From: Octopus sinensis
Taxonomy: Eukaryota
Length of the DNA stretch: 64,000 nucleotides
Direction of reading: 5' to 3'
NCBI RefSeq assembly: GCF_006345805.1
Contig: NC_043025.1
Location: forward strand, 14,446,001 to 14,510,000
Both the position numbers and the translations under genes were made by a program. Every line of letters begins with the position of its first letter. Position 1 is the stretch's first letter. The notes below the pieces were generated by a model. It saw only the letters and a list, made by a program, of their open reading frames with translations, was not told the DNA's origin and ran no database searches. This document shows, piece after piece, positions 50,382 through 63,080 of this stretch.

Positions 50382-51144
50382 ATATTGTTGTATTTAGGAA
50401 TGGTCATTTTGCCAGTTTAGCCAATAAAAACACGCACTATATATTTGGTGTTACTTTGCTTCAGTGTTTATGTTTATGTTTTCCAGTTTCAGCTCTTGAG
50501 CTGTGGCCATGCTGGGGGGCATTTTTTACATTAATCTTAATCTTATTTCGGCCAGAGTCCTTTCGTCACACTCCTGTGACCCCATCAGTGGTCCTTTGCT
50601 TTCTTCTTTCTTATTTGTGTGTCTCTCCTTACTAACTGTCAGCCATTTTGTAGTTTGTATTTCTATTGTACGTGTCTTCATTTGTGCATGCGTGTACCTC
50701 TATGTGTGTCTATGTTTAGTTAGTGGGGGAGGGGGGAATGCCTGCAATATTTGTATCTCCTGTTTATATACGTTTGTGTAATTTGTTTTTGTTTTTGTTT
50801 ATTTTTATTTTGTTCATGTGTTTACAGGCATTTCCCCCCACACACACACTAACTAAACATAGACACACATAGAGGTACACGCATGCACAAATGAAGACAC
50901 ATACAATAGAAATACAAACTACAAAATGGCTGACAGTTAGTAAGGAGAGACACACAAATAAGAAAGAAGAAAGCAAAGGACCACTGATGGGGTCACAGGA
51001 GTGTGACGAAAGGACTCTGGCCGAAATAAGATTAAGATTAATGTAAAAAATAAATAACGCTGAAGCAAAGTAACACCAAATATATAGTGCGTGGGTTTTT
51101 ATTGGCTAAACTGGCAAAATGACCATTCCGAAATATAACAATAT
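50382..51144. repeat. Long inverted repeat
   Basis: Inner arms 50522-50744 / 50825-51050; outer arms 50382-50464 / 51060-51144. Confidence 0.92.
50979..51022 (+). ncRNA. Hammerhead-like motif with A9G core; mirror copy on - at 50550-50593
   Basis: gacca-CTGATGG-g gtcac aggagt gtgac-GAAA-gga-CTC-tggcc; present in both arms of an inverted repeat. Confidence 0.42.
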
Positions 51145-51682
51145 ATATATATATATATATATACATACATATACATACAGCAGGCTTCTTTCAGTTTCTG
51201 TCTACCAAATCCATTCACAAGGCTTTGGTCGGCCCGAGACTATAGTAGAAGACACTTGCCCAAGGTGCCATGCAGTAGGACTGAACACGGAACCATGTGG
51301 TTGGTAAGCAAGCTACTTACCACACAGCCACTCCTATTTATATATAAACTTTAAAGAGTAGTTATTAGACCTGATCTTAGCCATAAGGTTAGACGACAGA
51401 CAATGAGAGATAGAAAGTTATATATATATATATATATATAAATAATATATATATATATATAATATATATATATTATATCTTTTTATACTTTTTACTTGTT
51501 TCAGTCATTTGACTGCGCCATGCTGGAGCACCACCTTTATCGAGCAACTCGACCCCGGACTTATTCTTTTGTAAGCCTAGTATTATTCTATCGGTCTCTT
51601 TTGCTGAACCACGAAGTAACGGGACATAAACACACCAGCATCGGTTGTCAGCAATGCTAGGGGACAAACACAGACACACAAA

Positions 51683-51743
<61 letters not shown>

Positions 51744-51914
51744 TACGACAGGCTTCTTTCAGTTTCCGTCTACCAAATCCACTCACAAGACATTGGTCGG
51801 CACGGGGTTATAGCCGAAGACACTTGCCCAAGATGCCACGCAGTGGGAATGAACCCGGAACCATGTGGTTGGTAAACAAGCTACTTACCACACATAGAAA
51901 TTCTACAATATGTC

Positions 51915-52200
51915 GACATCAATGCAGTATTTGTTCTTTCAATCTGGTCTGCTGTGCAACCGTCATTGGAGTTCCAGGTAAGAAGATGGCGCCATGAATG
52001 TTGAAAGTGCAGGCTGGAAACAGTAAGATGATCTGCAGCAGCGGAATTGACAAGTCTTTCACCATTGGCGCATTGGTTGCCAATCGCAAACCATCCCAGT
52101 ATGTGGACGTTAGTGGTGTTACTTGGTCCTCTGCGGGCATTCCTATCGCCTGTGATGATTAGATGATTAGGCTACCTGATGTCATCCATGGTTGGAGTAT
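51915..52200 (-). mobile_element. RTE LINE apurinic endonuclease fragment
   Basis: ITGDRNARRGP...HILGWFAIGNQCANGERLV...HFQHSWRHLLTWNSNDG...QIE, typical of RTE APE domains. Confidence 0.7.
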
Positions 52201-52399
52201 ATTTCTGCTGGATCTACTTCAGCAATCCACAGTATAAGTTGAGAGAATAATCGATGAATGAAGTAGACGATGGATATAGCATTAGTCTTTATTCAGTATT
52301 ATGATCACTTCAACCCCTCCTTTGACTGAGAGGTCAAAATGATCTTCATACCAGGCCGTCGTTCGTACTATCCTCCTCTCGGTTATGAGAATGAGGCAA

Positions 52400-52800
52400 T
52401 GGATCGTACACATGGGCACTTCAAAAGTGGAAGGAAGTCTCTCAAAGACAATGAGCGATCTAGAAGACTTACCATGAGCGTCATGCCACCCCCACCCCCG
52501 GAAATATGGTATTGTGCATTGAGGATTCATCCGCCAGAGCCAGACCATTAATCAAGATGTTCTGGAGCATTTCAGGGAGGACATTCAGTGAAAGTGACCG
52601 GGTCAGTGGAGTGTGAAGAATTGGATTCTTCATGACAATGCACCCTGTCACCAATTTCTCCTCACTCGTGAATTTCTCACCAAAAACAACAGGGTACCAC
52701 TTCTGTACTGACCATATTCCCCCAGATTTAGCACCAGCAGACTTTCATATTTTCCCCAAGATGAAAATGCAGCTCAAAGGTCACCATTTTAACACTGTTG
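52400..52800 (+). mobile_element. Mariner transposase remnant
   Basis: HGHFKSGRKSLKDNERS...GIVH...LHDNAP...PYSPDLAPADFHIFPKMKMQLKGHHF, with stops and frameshifts. Confidence 0.75.
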
Positions 52801-53399
52801 TTATTTCTTTACTGCCCACAAGGGGCTACACACAGAGGGGACAGACAAAGACAGACTAAGTCGATTATATGAACCCCAGTGCATAACTCATACTTATTTA
52901 ATTGACCCCGAAAGGATGGAAAGCAAAGTCGACCTCGGTGGAATTTGAACTCAGAACGTAGCGGCAGACGAAATACTGCTAAGCATTTCACCCGGTGTGC
53001 TAACGTTTCTGCCAGCTCACCATGTACACACTGTGTCATCCATCAACCCATTGACCATGTACACACTATCCATTCACCATCCGCACACTGTGTCCACCTA
53101 TCCATCCAACATCTACACACTCGTCTAGCTAGTCAGTAAACATACACATGCCATACCTATATACCGAATCAACTTCTACACACTGAGTCTATTCACTCCA
53201 TATCTATAAGCTGTGTCTATATATCTAATTAACTTCTATACTTTGTAAATCTCCATGAAATCAATATCTACACACTGTATGAATCTATAGAGGGTGTATA
53301 TGCTGCCAACACCTGCAAGCTATGTCTTTGTAAACAAAAGCTGCAGGCAACATCTTTAACGAAAATACCTTTTGGTATATATCTCTTTCACTATATATG

Positions 53400-53455
<56 letters not shown>

Positions 53456-53863
53456 GACATACATGAACATACATACATACATGTATATCATATATGGCTA
53501 TGTATTTATGTATATAGTTACTAATGTGTTTATATTTCCATGCGCATATGTATGTATGCATGTATGTATATATATGTATGTATTGCGTGTGTGTATGTGT
53601 GTGTATCTATGTATGTATGTGTGTGTATGTATACATGTGTGTGTATGTATGTATGCATGCATGTAAGTATGCATGCATGTGTGTGTGTATGTATGTATGT
53701 ATGTATGTATGTATGTATGTATGTGTGTATGTCTGTGAGTATGAATGTATGTATTCTTTTATGTTTCAGCTCTAAGGCTGTGGCCATGCTGGGATACTCC
53801 AGCGTATGTGTGTATGTGTTTCTATCTGTCTATCTGTATATAAATATACACATATATTGTCTG

Positions 53864-53896
<33 letters not shown>

Positions 53897-53945
53897 ATCT
53901 ATCTATCTATCTTCTATCTATCTATCCTATCTATCTATATATATA

Positions 53946-54003
<58 letters not shown>

Positions 54004-54067
54004 AGATAGATAGATAGATAGATATACATAAAAGAATACATACTTCATACTCACAGATACACACATA

Positions 54068-54807
54068 TATGAAGCTACCGTAAACTCTATAACCACTAAA
54101 GACACCGTTTCGACGAAGAAATACGTGGGCCTGACAGAGGGTAATTTCAAGGCCAGGTTCAATAACCACACTTTGAGCTTTAGGCACTGGAACAAAAGAA
54201 AAGCGACACAATTATCCAATCATATTTGGTCTTTAAGAGATAAAGGTGTCGATTATAACATACAATGGAAGATTTTGGCCAGATGTAAGCCCTATACTAA
54301 CGGCAGCAGAAGGTGCGGTTTATGCGACATGGAGAGATGGCTTATCTGGAAAAGCAGCTTAGACCCTACCACATGTCTAAATACAAGACAGAGCTTTTCG
54401 GATCATGCCCACATGTGACTAAATTTCTGTTACGTTTTTGGTCCCCTAAAGAAAACGGATAGAACATGCTTTCTGTGTTATGTCCCAAGAAGATTTTATA
54501 TATTTTTATATATTTTTATGTATTTTTATATAATTTTTATGACGAAAAATGCGAGCGATGTATAAGTACGCAGGCAAAGCAGAGTTATAACAGAGTAATT
54601 TCCCTTCATTTTTAACGGTATTTTTTCATAACGTTTTCAAATAGCCAGATAACCGAAGAGATGGTGTTGTGGATTTCCACTTCGGCATCTGAAACTCAGA
54701 GTTTTATCTTGACTACCGAGTAATGTAACATATTGTATAGATAAATTTTCTCTATTTACATAATATTGAGGTCTCTTTCTTTCTTTTGTTATCTTACCGT
54801 TTTATCA

Positions 54808-54810
<3 letters not shown>
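54068..54810 (+). mobile_element. Penelope-like retroelement 3' fragment: GIY-YIG endonuclease remnant plus terminal repeat
   Basis: ...KYVGLTEGNFKARFNNHTLSFRHWNKRKATQLSNHIWSLRDKGVDYNIQWKILARCKPY...CGLC...CLNTR, typical of PLE GIY-YIG domains. Frameshift near the end (stop at 54460-54462); flanked by (TA)n. Terminal part recurs inverted at 55240-55372 and about 15128-15205. Confidence 0.8.
54648..54708 (+). ncRNA. Degenerate hammerhead-like motif in the terminal repeat of the Penelope-like element (family F)
   Basis: gataa-CCGAAGA-gatg...catct-GAAAC-tcaga-GTT-ttatc. Perfect stem I, palindromic stem III (ACTC a GAGT), U4C core. Confidence 0.42.
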
Positions 54811-54850
<40 letters not shown>

Positions 54851-56032
54851 TATAAATATATATGGCACCTGTGCCAGTGGCGCATAAAAAGCACCAGTCA
54901 AGCATGGTCGATGCCAGTACTGCCTGAATGCACCCCACTCCTGTGCCGGTGGCATTTAAAACCGTCCATTGGATTGCCAGTCCTCAGTCAAACTGTCCAA
55001 CCGATGCCAGCATGGAAAGTGGATATTAAACAATGAAAATCATGATGATATATATATGTGTGTGTGTGTGTGTATAAATCAGTGAGAGTTTATGTTAGCC
55101 TTGTGAAGGGATGGTATATAATTGAAACAGCTGTAAGGAATACTGTTCAATTTGTTGTTGATAATTAACTCTTAATAACTTCACAATCTCCATTTTCTTC
55201 TTTTTCCTTTATACATATATATATTTATATATATATATTGATAAAAATGGTAAGACAACAAAAGAAAGAAAGAGACCTCGATATTATGTAAATAGAGGAA
55301 TTTATCTGTAAAATTAATATGTGACAATTATTTGGTAGCCATGATAAAACTCTGAGATTTGGATGTCGGGGCTGTGTGGGTTTCCGCCCCGACATCCGAA
55401 CCTCGGAGTTTTATCATAGCTACCAGATAATTGTCACATTAATTTTACAGATATATATATATATATATATTATATCATCATCATCATCATCATTGTTTAA
55501 TATCCATATTCCATGCTGGCATGTGTCGGACAGTTCGACTGGTGTCTGGAGAGCCAGGAGGCTGCACCAGGCACCAGTTTGATTTGATAATGTTTCTACA
55601 GCTGGATATCCTTCCTAATGCAAAACACTCCGTGAGTGTAGTAGATACTTTTTACGTGCCACCGGTACAGGGGCCAGAGGAGGTTGGCTTCTACCACAAT
55701 CGGATGGTGCTTTTTACATGCCACCAGCATGGGAGCCAGTCAAGGCAACACTGGCATCAACCACAGTTGGATGGTGCTTTAAATGTACCACCAGCACAGA
55801 AGCCAGTTTGGGCAAAGGGGCTGGCATCGACCACGTTTGGATGGTGCTTTTTACATGCCACTGGCATAGGGACCACCACTACAATATCCATTTGATTGTA
55901 ATTTGATTTCATTTAGATGAGGATGACGTGTATATATTTTCTTTTACCATGTGGTTGGTAAGCAAGCTACTTACCACACAGCCACTCCTGTGCATAGACA
56001 TATACATATTTATGTAGACATTTATGCATATG

Positions 56033-56067
<35 letters not shown>

Positions 56068-56182
56068 GTATATAAAAAATTCAGGGTGAATACTTGATAA
56101 CTGTAAGCACCTGTATATGCCAGTTAGTGGTGTAGGTGATAGAGTATATTTATCAAAAGAAAAACAGGATGCAAAGGATTTA

Positions 56183-56269
56183 GCGGTACATATGTTTCTG
56201 GCTTTATTAGACAGTTTATATCAATGCATAATTGATGTAATATGTATGTCAATAGCCTTCTTCAGCCGC
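56183..56269 (-). ncRNA. Type I hammerhead ribozyme motif (family B, second copy)
   Basis: Minus strand gcgg-CTGAAGA-a ggct...agcc a-GAAAC-atat-GTA-ccgc. Stem II shows compensatory change (ggcc/ggcc to ggct/agcc) versus the 7.5-kb copy; stem III is the palindrome ACATATGT. Confidence 0.72.
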
Positions 56270-56575
56270 GCACAATTACCACACCAAGGACATGTATTAC
56301 ATTATAAGTTTTGGAAAAAGACGATTTTCGTTGGGGATGCAAATCCTCATAGTCGTATACAGCAGAGCGAGACACCAAAACAAAAACAAAGCGTCCATAC
56401 CGTTTTTCACTCGAGTATATACGACTGTGAGGATTTGCATCCCCAACGAAAATCGTCTTTTTCCAAAACTTATAATGTAATACATGTCCTTGGTGTGGTA
56501 ATTGTGCGCGGCTGAAGAAGGCTATTGACATACATATTACATCAATTATGCATTGATATAAACTGTCTAATAAAG
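56202..56575. repeat. Inverted repeat, 158-bp arms
   Basis: 56202-56359 vs 56418-56575, near-identical. Confidence 0.92.
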
Positions 56576-57039
56576 GCCATATACACATATATGTATACAT
56601 ATATATACACATATATATATATATATTTATATACTAAGGTGCAAATGAGAGTAGCTATATCAAACTCCATTCTTCACCAAGTGAAACATATTAGACGAGG
56701 TTTTTCGTAATAACAGTGTAGCACAAAATGGCGCTGCATCAGCATGGCCGCAGCTCTGAGCTGAAACTAGAGAAAAAAAATTTTTTTAAATACACACACG
56801 CACACACATATATGTGTGCTTCACCATTCGACGTACCTATGCCTCACTGCCATCACCACCACTGTCACCACCACCGACACCACCATCAACACACTGCGAC
56901 ACCAGCTTCTACCGCTCCCAACCTCCCTACCTACACACCCCCTCATCGTTGGTGCCAAATTCTACATTTACAACTGTTTTAACTTATTCTTTTCGTGTTT
57001 TCTGTTTTTCTCCTCCCAAGCTTGTATTTATATATTTGC

Positions 57040-57070
<31 letters not shown>

Positions 57071-57156
57071 CATGTATTATTCTATATATGTATATTCACA
57101 CATACGTATATCTGCATCTGTGTGTTTGTGCATATATATATCTATCTATCTATCTA

Positions 57157-57192
<36 letters not shown>

Positions 57193-57304
57193 TATATATA
57201 TATATATATATAAAGGGAAAGTTTACGAAAATAAACAAAAGACGAAGGCAGGTGGAGTACAAACAAACAGATGTATTAGTATAGCGCTCAGGAATAGAAA
57301 AAGT

Positions 57305-57340
57305 CTTTTACGTTTCGAGCCTACGCTCTTCTACAGAAAG
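57305..57340 (-). ncRNA. Minimal hammerhead-like motif with variant core (family G)
   Basis: Minus strand cttt-CTGTAGA-a gagc gtag gctc-GAAAC-GTA-aaag. A6U core, loopless ACGT stem III, perfect stems I and II. Confidence 0.5.
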
Positions 57341-58151
57341 GGACACAGAAAAAAACAAGGAGAGAAAAAAAATGTGTGTAGGAGCTAACAATCTATCATG
57401 GCGTCCTGACTTCGGACAGTGGTCAGACACGAGAGGGACAGTAAGGGAGATAACAGGGTCAAGTGACTTCCGATACGAAGGTGCCCCCAACACAAAGGTG
57501 CGTGTGTGTATAAAAGAGTATGTATCTGCGTGTGAAAGAGAGCTGGTGGTCTGGACGTGTGTGTGTATGTATGTGTGGGTGTGGAGATGTGGGGATGGGT
57601 GTGTGGGTGGTGTGTTGTGATGTGATGTGTAATGTTGTATGGTGTAGTGTAGTGTGGTGTGATGTTGTGGGGAGGTGGGGGAGATGAGAGTGGGGGAAGC
57701 ACAGGTGGATTGGGGGTTGGGGTAGAGTGGGGGTTGTGGGTAGGTAGAGGGTGGGGTTAGAGGTGAGGTATGTGGGGAGATAGATATACATACACACACA
57801 CATAGACACAGACACGTATATAGATAGATATATTTGTGTCTGTAAGACTTGGGTGAGTGGGCGTTCATGTGTGTATGTGTACACACACTCTCTCCCCTCC
57901 CCCCCACACACACAGAGTAACACAAACACATACAGATATCAGTACATGACAAAATATACCTGTATGTATATATACAGCGACATACGTACCTAACTGAGCA
58001 ACAACTGAAAGTCACCTGGCCTTAATGTACCAGAGAATAGATGTGTCTTCAAGTGCATATATATATATATATACATATACATACATATACACCTGTATAC
58101 ACACACACATACATACATGCATGTATACATATGTATGTTTGTATTTATGTG

Positions 58152-58187
<36 letters not shown>

Positions 58188-58775
58188 TGCTTATGAATGT
58201 GTTTGTATACATATATGTGTGTGTTTGTATATATATATTTGTATATAATTTTAGGTATACACATATACCATCAGCTTTGTTTTTATATATCAATGCCTAT
58301 GTATCACGCATGAATTACATATATATATATATATATATATATACACGTGCACACATACACCATATGTGCATAATATATATAAATATGTATATATGCATGT
58401 ATGTATGTCTTTTGTTGAATATATCATCATCATAAACATCATGTTATATTGGTGTCCCTGCATTTATTGTTGCACACAAATACATACATAGATGTAAACA
58501 TGGAATAGTATAAACACATATACTACAAATACATACATACATGTATTTATATGTATCTGTATATATATATGTGTGTGAGAGAGAGAGATTGTATGTGTAT
58601 GAGGATATATATGTGTGTATATGGATGTGTGTATATATAAGTAAATTATTAAATGATTATCACCATTACACCTGTCTCTGTTTTCTTTCTATTTAATCTT
58701 GTTTCATTATGTGTATACACCTGACACACGCACTTACCTACTGTATATATTATATGTGTGTGTGTGTAATGTATG

Positions 58776-58819
<44 letters not shown>

Positions 58820-59121
58820 CACACACACATATCTGTGAGTGCACATCTGCATATATATGTATAGATGCATGCATACATATATATGTGTGTACTTATGTAT
58901 TTATATGTATATTTCTATATGGTTGTGTATGTGTGTGTATATATACATATATATATATATGTATGTATGTATACACACATTTATACACATACACACACAC
59001 ACACACAGAGGCCATTTGCAGATTCACCCTTTCTTAAGAAGTCACTTGAGAGACATACAATTACATGTGTCTAGGTTTGTACCTATGTCTCTCAGCAAAT
59101 ACACACACACACACACGCATA

Positions 59122-59194
<73 letters not shown>

Positions 59195-59515
59195 TATATA
59201 TGATTATATATACAAATACATACATTCACTTTTATACATCAACATATACATACATACATGTGCCTATATCAAACACACACATGTAGATATGTATAATCTA
59301 CTTATTTCATATACATATCTGATTTCATTACATATAGATACTCATGCAACATATATATATTTGTATGTATATATACGTATATATATATATATATATGAAT
59401 ATATACACACACCCACACCTATATGTGATTGCAGCTGTGTATGGTCACATGATTACATTGTGTTATGTGTGTGTGTATACATGTGTTTGTAAGTATATAT
59501 ATATATATCTATATA

Positions 59516-59562
<47 letters not shown>

Positions 59563-60204
59563 GCATATATAGATATAGATGTATATATGTATATGGAATG
59601 GCATATTGTTTTGGTACTGAAATATATACACACATATGTGCACCAATACGATTGAAAGAATATATAAATATGTTTGGGTCTATATATGAAGGTTGATATC
59701 TCTTGAAGATATCTTAAATGCATTATTGTATGGCAACCATGTATAGATATACATATATATATACACACACTTATATTAAATACATATGTGTGTGGGGGGG
59801 GATGTGTTGTAAGTAGGTTGCTAACCAACCACATGGTTCCGGGTTCAGTCCTACTGCGTGGCACCTTTGGCAAGTGTCTTCTACTATAGCCTCGGGCTGA
59901 CCAAAGCCTTCTGAGTGTATTTGGTAGACAGAAACTGAAAGAAGCCCGTCGTCTATATGTATATGTGTGTGTGTGTGTTTGTGTGTCTGTGTTTGTCCCC
60001 CCAACATCGCTTGACAACCGATGCTGGTGTGTTTACGTCCCAGTAACTTAGCAGTTCTGCAAAAGAGACCGATAGAATAAGTACTAGGCTTACAAAGAAT
60101 AAGTCCTGGGGTTGATTTGCTCGACTAAAGCCTGTGCTTCAGCATGGCCGCAGTCAAATAACCTAAACGAGCAAAAGAGTAAATGAGCATATATATCTAT
60201 ATTT

Positions 60205-61360
60205 TTCAGTCATCCCATAAATAATGCGGTTTTATTATACCTCTTATTTTTCAAAATTAAAATAAACAAAGTCCTTTTTTCTCATCTAAAATACACTCTC
60301 CTTCATTTTCTGCAATACTCTTCCATCTATCTGGTAGACTTGCAAGGCCCCTCTTCCAGTATTCACTTGCCTGTGATGAAAAATACTCCTGTAGTAGTGT
60401 TCTAATCTCATCTACAGAATTCATATTTATTCCATTCAAATGATTTTGATGACTGTACAATAAATGATAATCAGATGGGGCCATGTCCAGCAAATATGGC
60501 GGGTGGTGCATCGTCTCCCATTCAAACTGCTCCGGCCTTTGGAATGTCATCCTCACTGTATGTGGCCGAACATTATCCTGATGGAAGAACACCTTTCGCC
60601 TTGAAACCAAAGATGGTTGTTTTCCTTCTAGCAGTGATGTAAGCCGCTCAAGCTGCTCACAGTAGATCTCCTTTGTTATTCTTTGGTTTAGGTTTAAAAG
60701 TTCAAAGTGGACTAAACCTTTCATATACCTTACATGGGTGAAGATCTACCCACTGTCTTTGACGCTTGACATTTTTATTGAGAACCCATTTCCTATCACC
60801 AGTCACTATTTAGTCCAAAAAGGGTTCATTCATAAGACGTGACACCAAAGAAGGGCTCACATTCACTCTCTGCATGCAATTAAACATGGAAGGTTTGTGG
60901 TGAACCCATTGACCTAATTTGCCAACTTTTCCGATTGCATGCAGGTGCCAATGAATGGTTGAATTACTAAATCCAAGCTTCTCTGCTAGTTCCTCAACAG
61001 TTATGATGGTATTTTGTTCCACCAGGGTTTGCCAGACATCCTCATCAAGCTCTACAGATCATCCAGGATGAGGCTCATCTTCTAGGCTATAGTTTCCAAC
61101 TCAGAATTTCTGGAACCACCATTGACACTGGCTTATGCTTATTGTCTGATCCCCATACACTGCATTAATATTCCTCGCACTTTCAATTTTGTTGTTGCCT
61201 TTATTGAACTCTTAAAGCAAAATATGCCGAATATTCTTCTTTGTCATTTCCATCATAGCTTTGAAAAAATAACTGTTAAAATCTAACTGTATGTAGATTA
61301 TCCCATCCCCCTCCAATTTTAGTCCATGCAATTGAAAAAAATAATTTTCTTTATGGGGAG
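60205..61360 (-). mobile_element. Degenerate near-full-length mariner element (pseudo-transposase)
   Basis: Broken minus-strand ORF with HTH region (...QWWFQKF...SLEDEPHPG), KLGQWVHH, HQDNVRPH, PPYLLDMAPSDYHL; TIR-like catcccataaataatgcgg near 60210. Confidence 0.85.
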
Positions 61361-62874
61361 GGGGGGGGGCTGTGTGGTAAGTAAAGAGTCATGTTTGGCT
61401 TGGTCACTACTGGCGAAATGACCCAGCAGCAAATTGAACCACTATATTATTAGCTTTGAAAACAAATTAAAATTAAAGTTCTATAATGATATTGTAACAG
61501 AAAAAAATTACTTTACAAATTTAAAATCAATTTAAACGTGACCATGCTGTCAAAGCTGTTGCACACCCTCCGTCATTAATTGTTTTTGCTGTTCTCCCAT
61601 TTTCTTATGATTCGCCCGGTACCATATTACGAGTCGATGCACTGTGAGGTGTGTAGTGTTATTTCAGGACACACACCACCAAATTTCACGCAGGAATATA
61701 ACAAAAGTTTTCCATTATGATTTGTGATTAAATTAATGAGTAAGGCTAACTTTACTCATTACAATGAATTTACCATTTACAATGGGTGTGCAGCACACTC
61801 CTAACATACCCAGAATATATGCCCCTGATATATATAGAATTACATTTATTATAACTAATAAAATATTTCACGTACTATAAGAGAAATGAGTTAAAGAATA
61901 TTTTATATGTATCACGGCACCTTTTTTTACGTGCACGCTCTCGCTAACTTCTGAATCCAGTCACGCCTCTGGGCTCAGTTGTGCTTTAAGACGGCCCTGG
62001 CTTTTCTTTGACGGAAGACCCATTGATTTCTACCATTAAGGCATCGACAGGCTATTGGAACGGTAGCAAGAAGTTGTGAACAATGAAGGAGAATGTATTA
62101 TTGACTGGTATGTGAAAACAGTTGATAAAAAATAAGGATGAAAATAAATGGAAGAAAAGAACAAAAACAAATGAATTTATCAGGAAATCTAATATATATA
62201 TATATGTATGTATCTATGTATCTATGTATGTATGTATGTATGTATAAAGGAAATCAATTTTAAAATATTTAATAACTTTAAAATATTTATTGGTAAAAAA
62301 TCATAATTTATAAACAGCGAAATAATTTTAAAATATATAATCGTTGTTAAAATGTTTATATGGAAATTTGAAAGATATAAATAGCAAAACGATTTTAAAA
62401 TACTTTATAAAACATTTATAAGAAAAAAAAATCCTGAAATATATAGCAGTAAAATGACTTTAATAGGTTTATATGAAAAATCGAAAGTAATAAAATAGTT
62501 CGATACATATGTGTGTGTGTGTGTGTGTATGTATGTATTAAAGTGTATACATGTATGAGTGTGTGGATGTAAATAAATAAATATATATATAATTGTGTGT
62601 GTGTGTGTATCTACAAGTTAAAAATAATACAAAATGGTTGAAAATGCATTAAATTCATTCACAAATGTATACTATGATGCAAAAGTCTAAACTTTATATA
62701 TAGCTCATAAACTAACTGTGCTCTACAGCTGTTTCAATAGAATAAAAATGTCGTCATTTTTATAATCACGTAATTAGCACACATCTTAATTTAATTAGTT
62801 TGAAAGCGATGGGCTACACTTTACTTCTTCCCACACACATACGTACGACTGTATCCATGCATGCATACATTTAT

Positions 62875-63080
62875 ATATACCTCACTTTACGAGGTTCTGC
62901 TTTACAAGGCCTCATGTTTACGAGTTTTGGTTTTTCAAACACAAGATCTAAATTTTGAACAAAGAGCAAAAGTTTCTGCAACTATAACAAATGCTTCTTG
63001 TGTGTTACCAAGAAATTCATAGCAGACACAAAAAAAAGAAAAGCTTCTTCTAAGCAAACAATTCTAATCCTTGCAAGAAG
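62875..63080 (+). mobile_element. Tigger-like remnant
   Basis: TIR-like cctcactttacgagg and a lysine-rich, Tigger-like C-terminal translation; degenerate. Confidence 0.35.

Noticed and set aside
1177-59655. Numerous YI/CV/HT-repeat ORFs
   Set aside because: Translations of (TA)n, (CA)n, (TATG)n and (TCTA)n tracts.
2246-60017. Recurrent ORFs such as MLGGQTQTHKH..., RWASFSFRLPNPLTR..., LQLDALPNANHS...
   Set aside because: Chance translations of multi-copy SINEs; the periodic-looking recurrence is dispersed repeats, not a protein family or CRISPR array.
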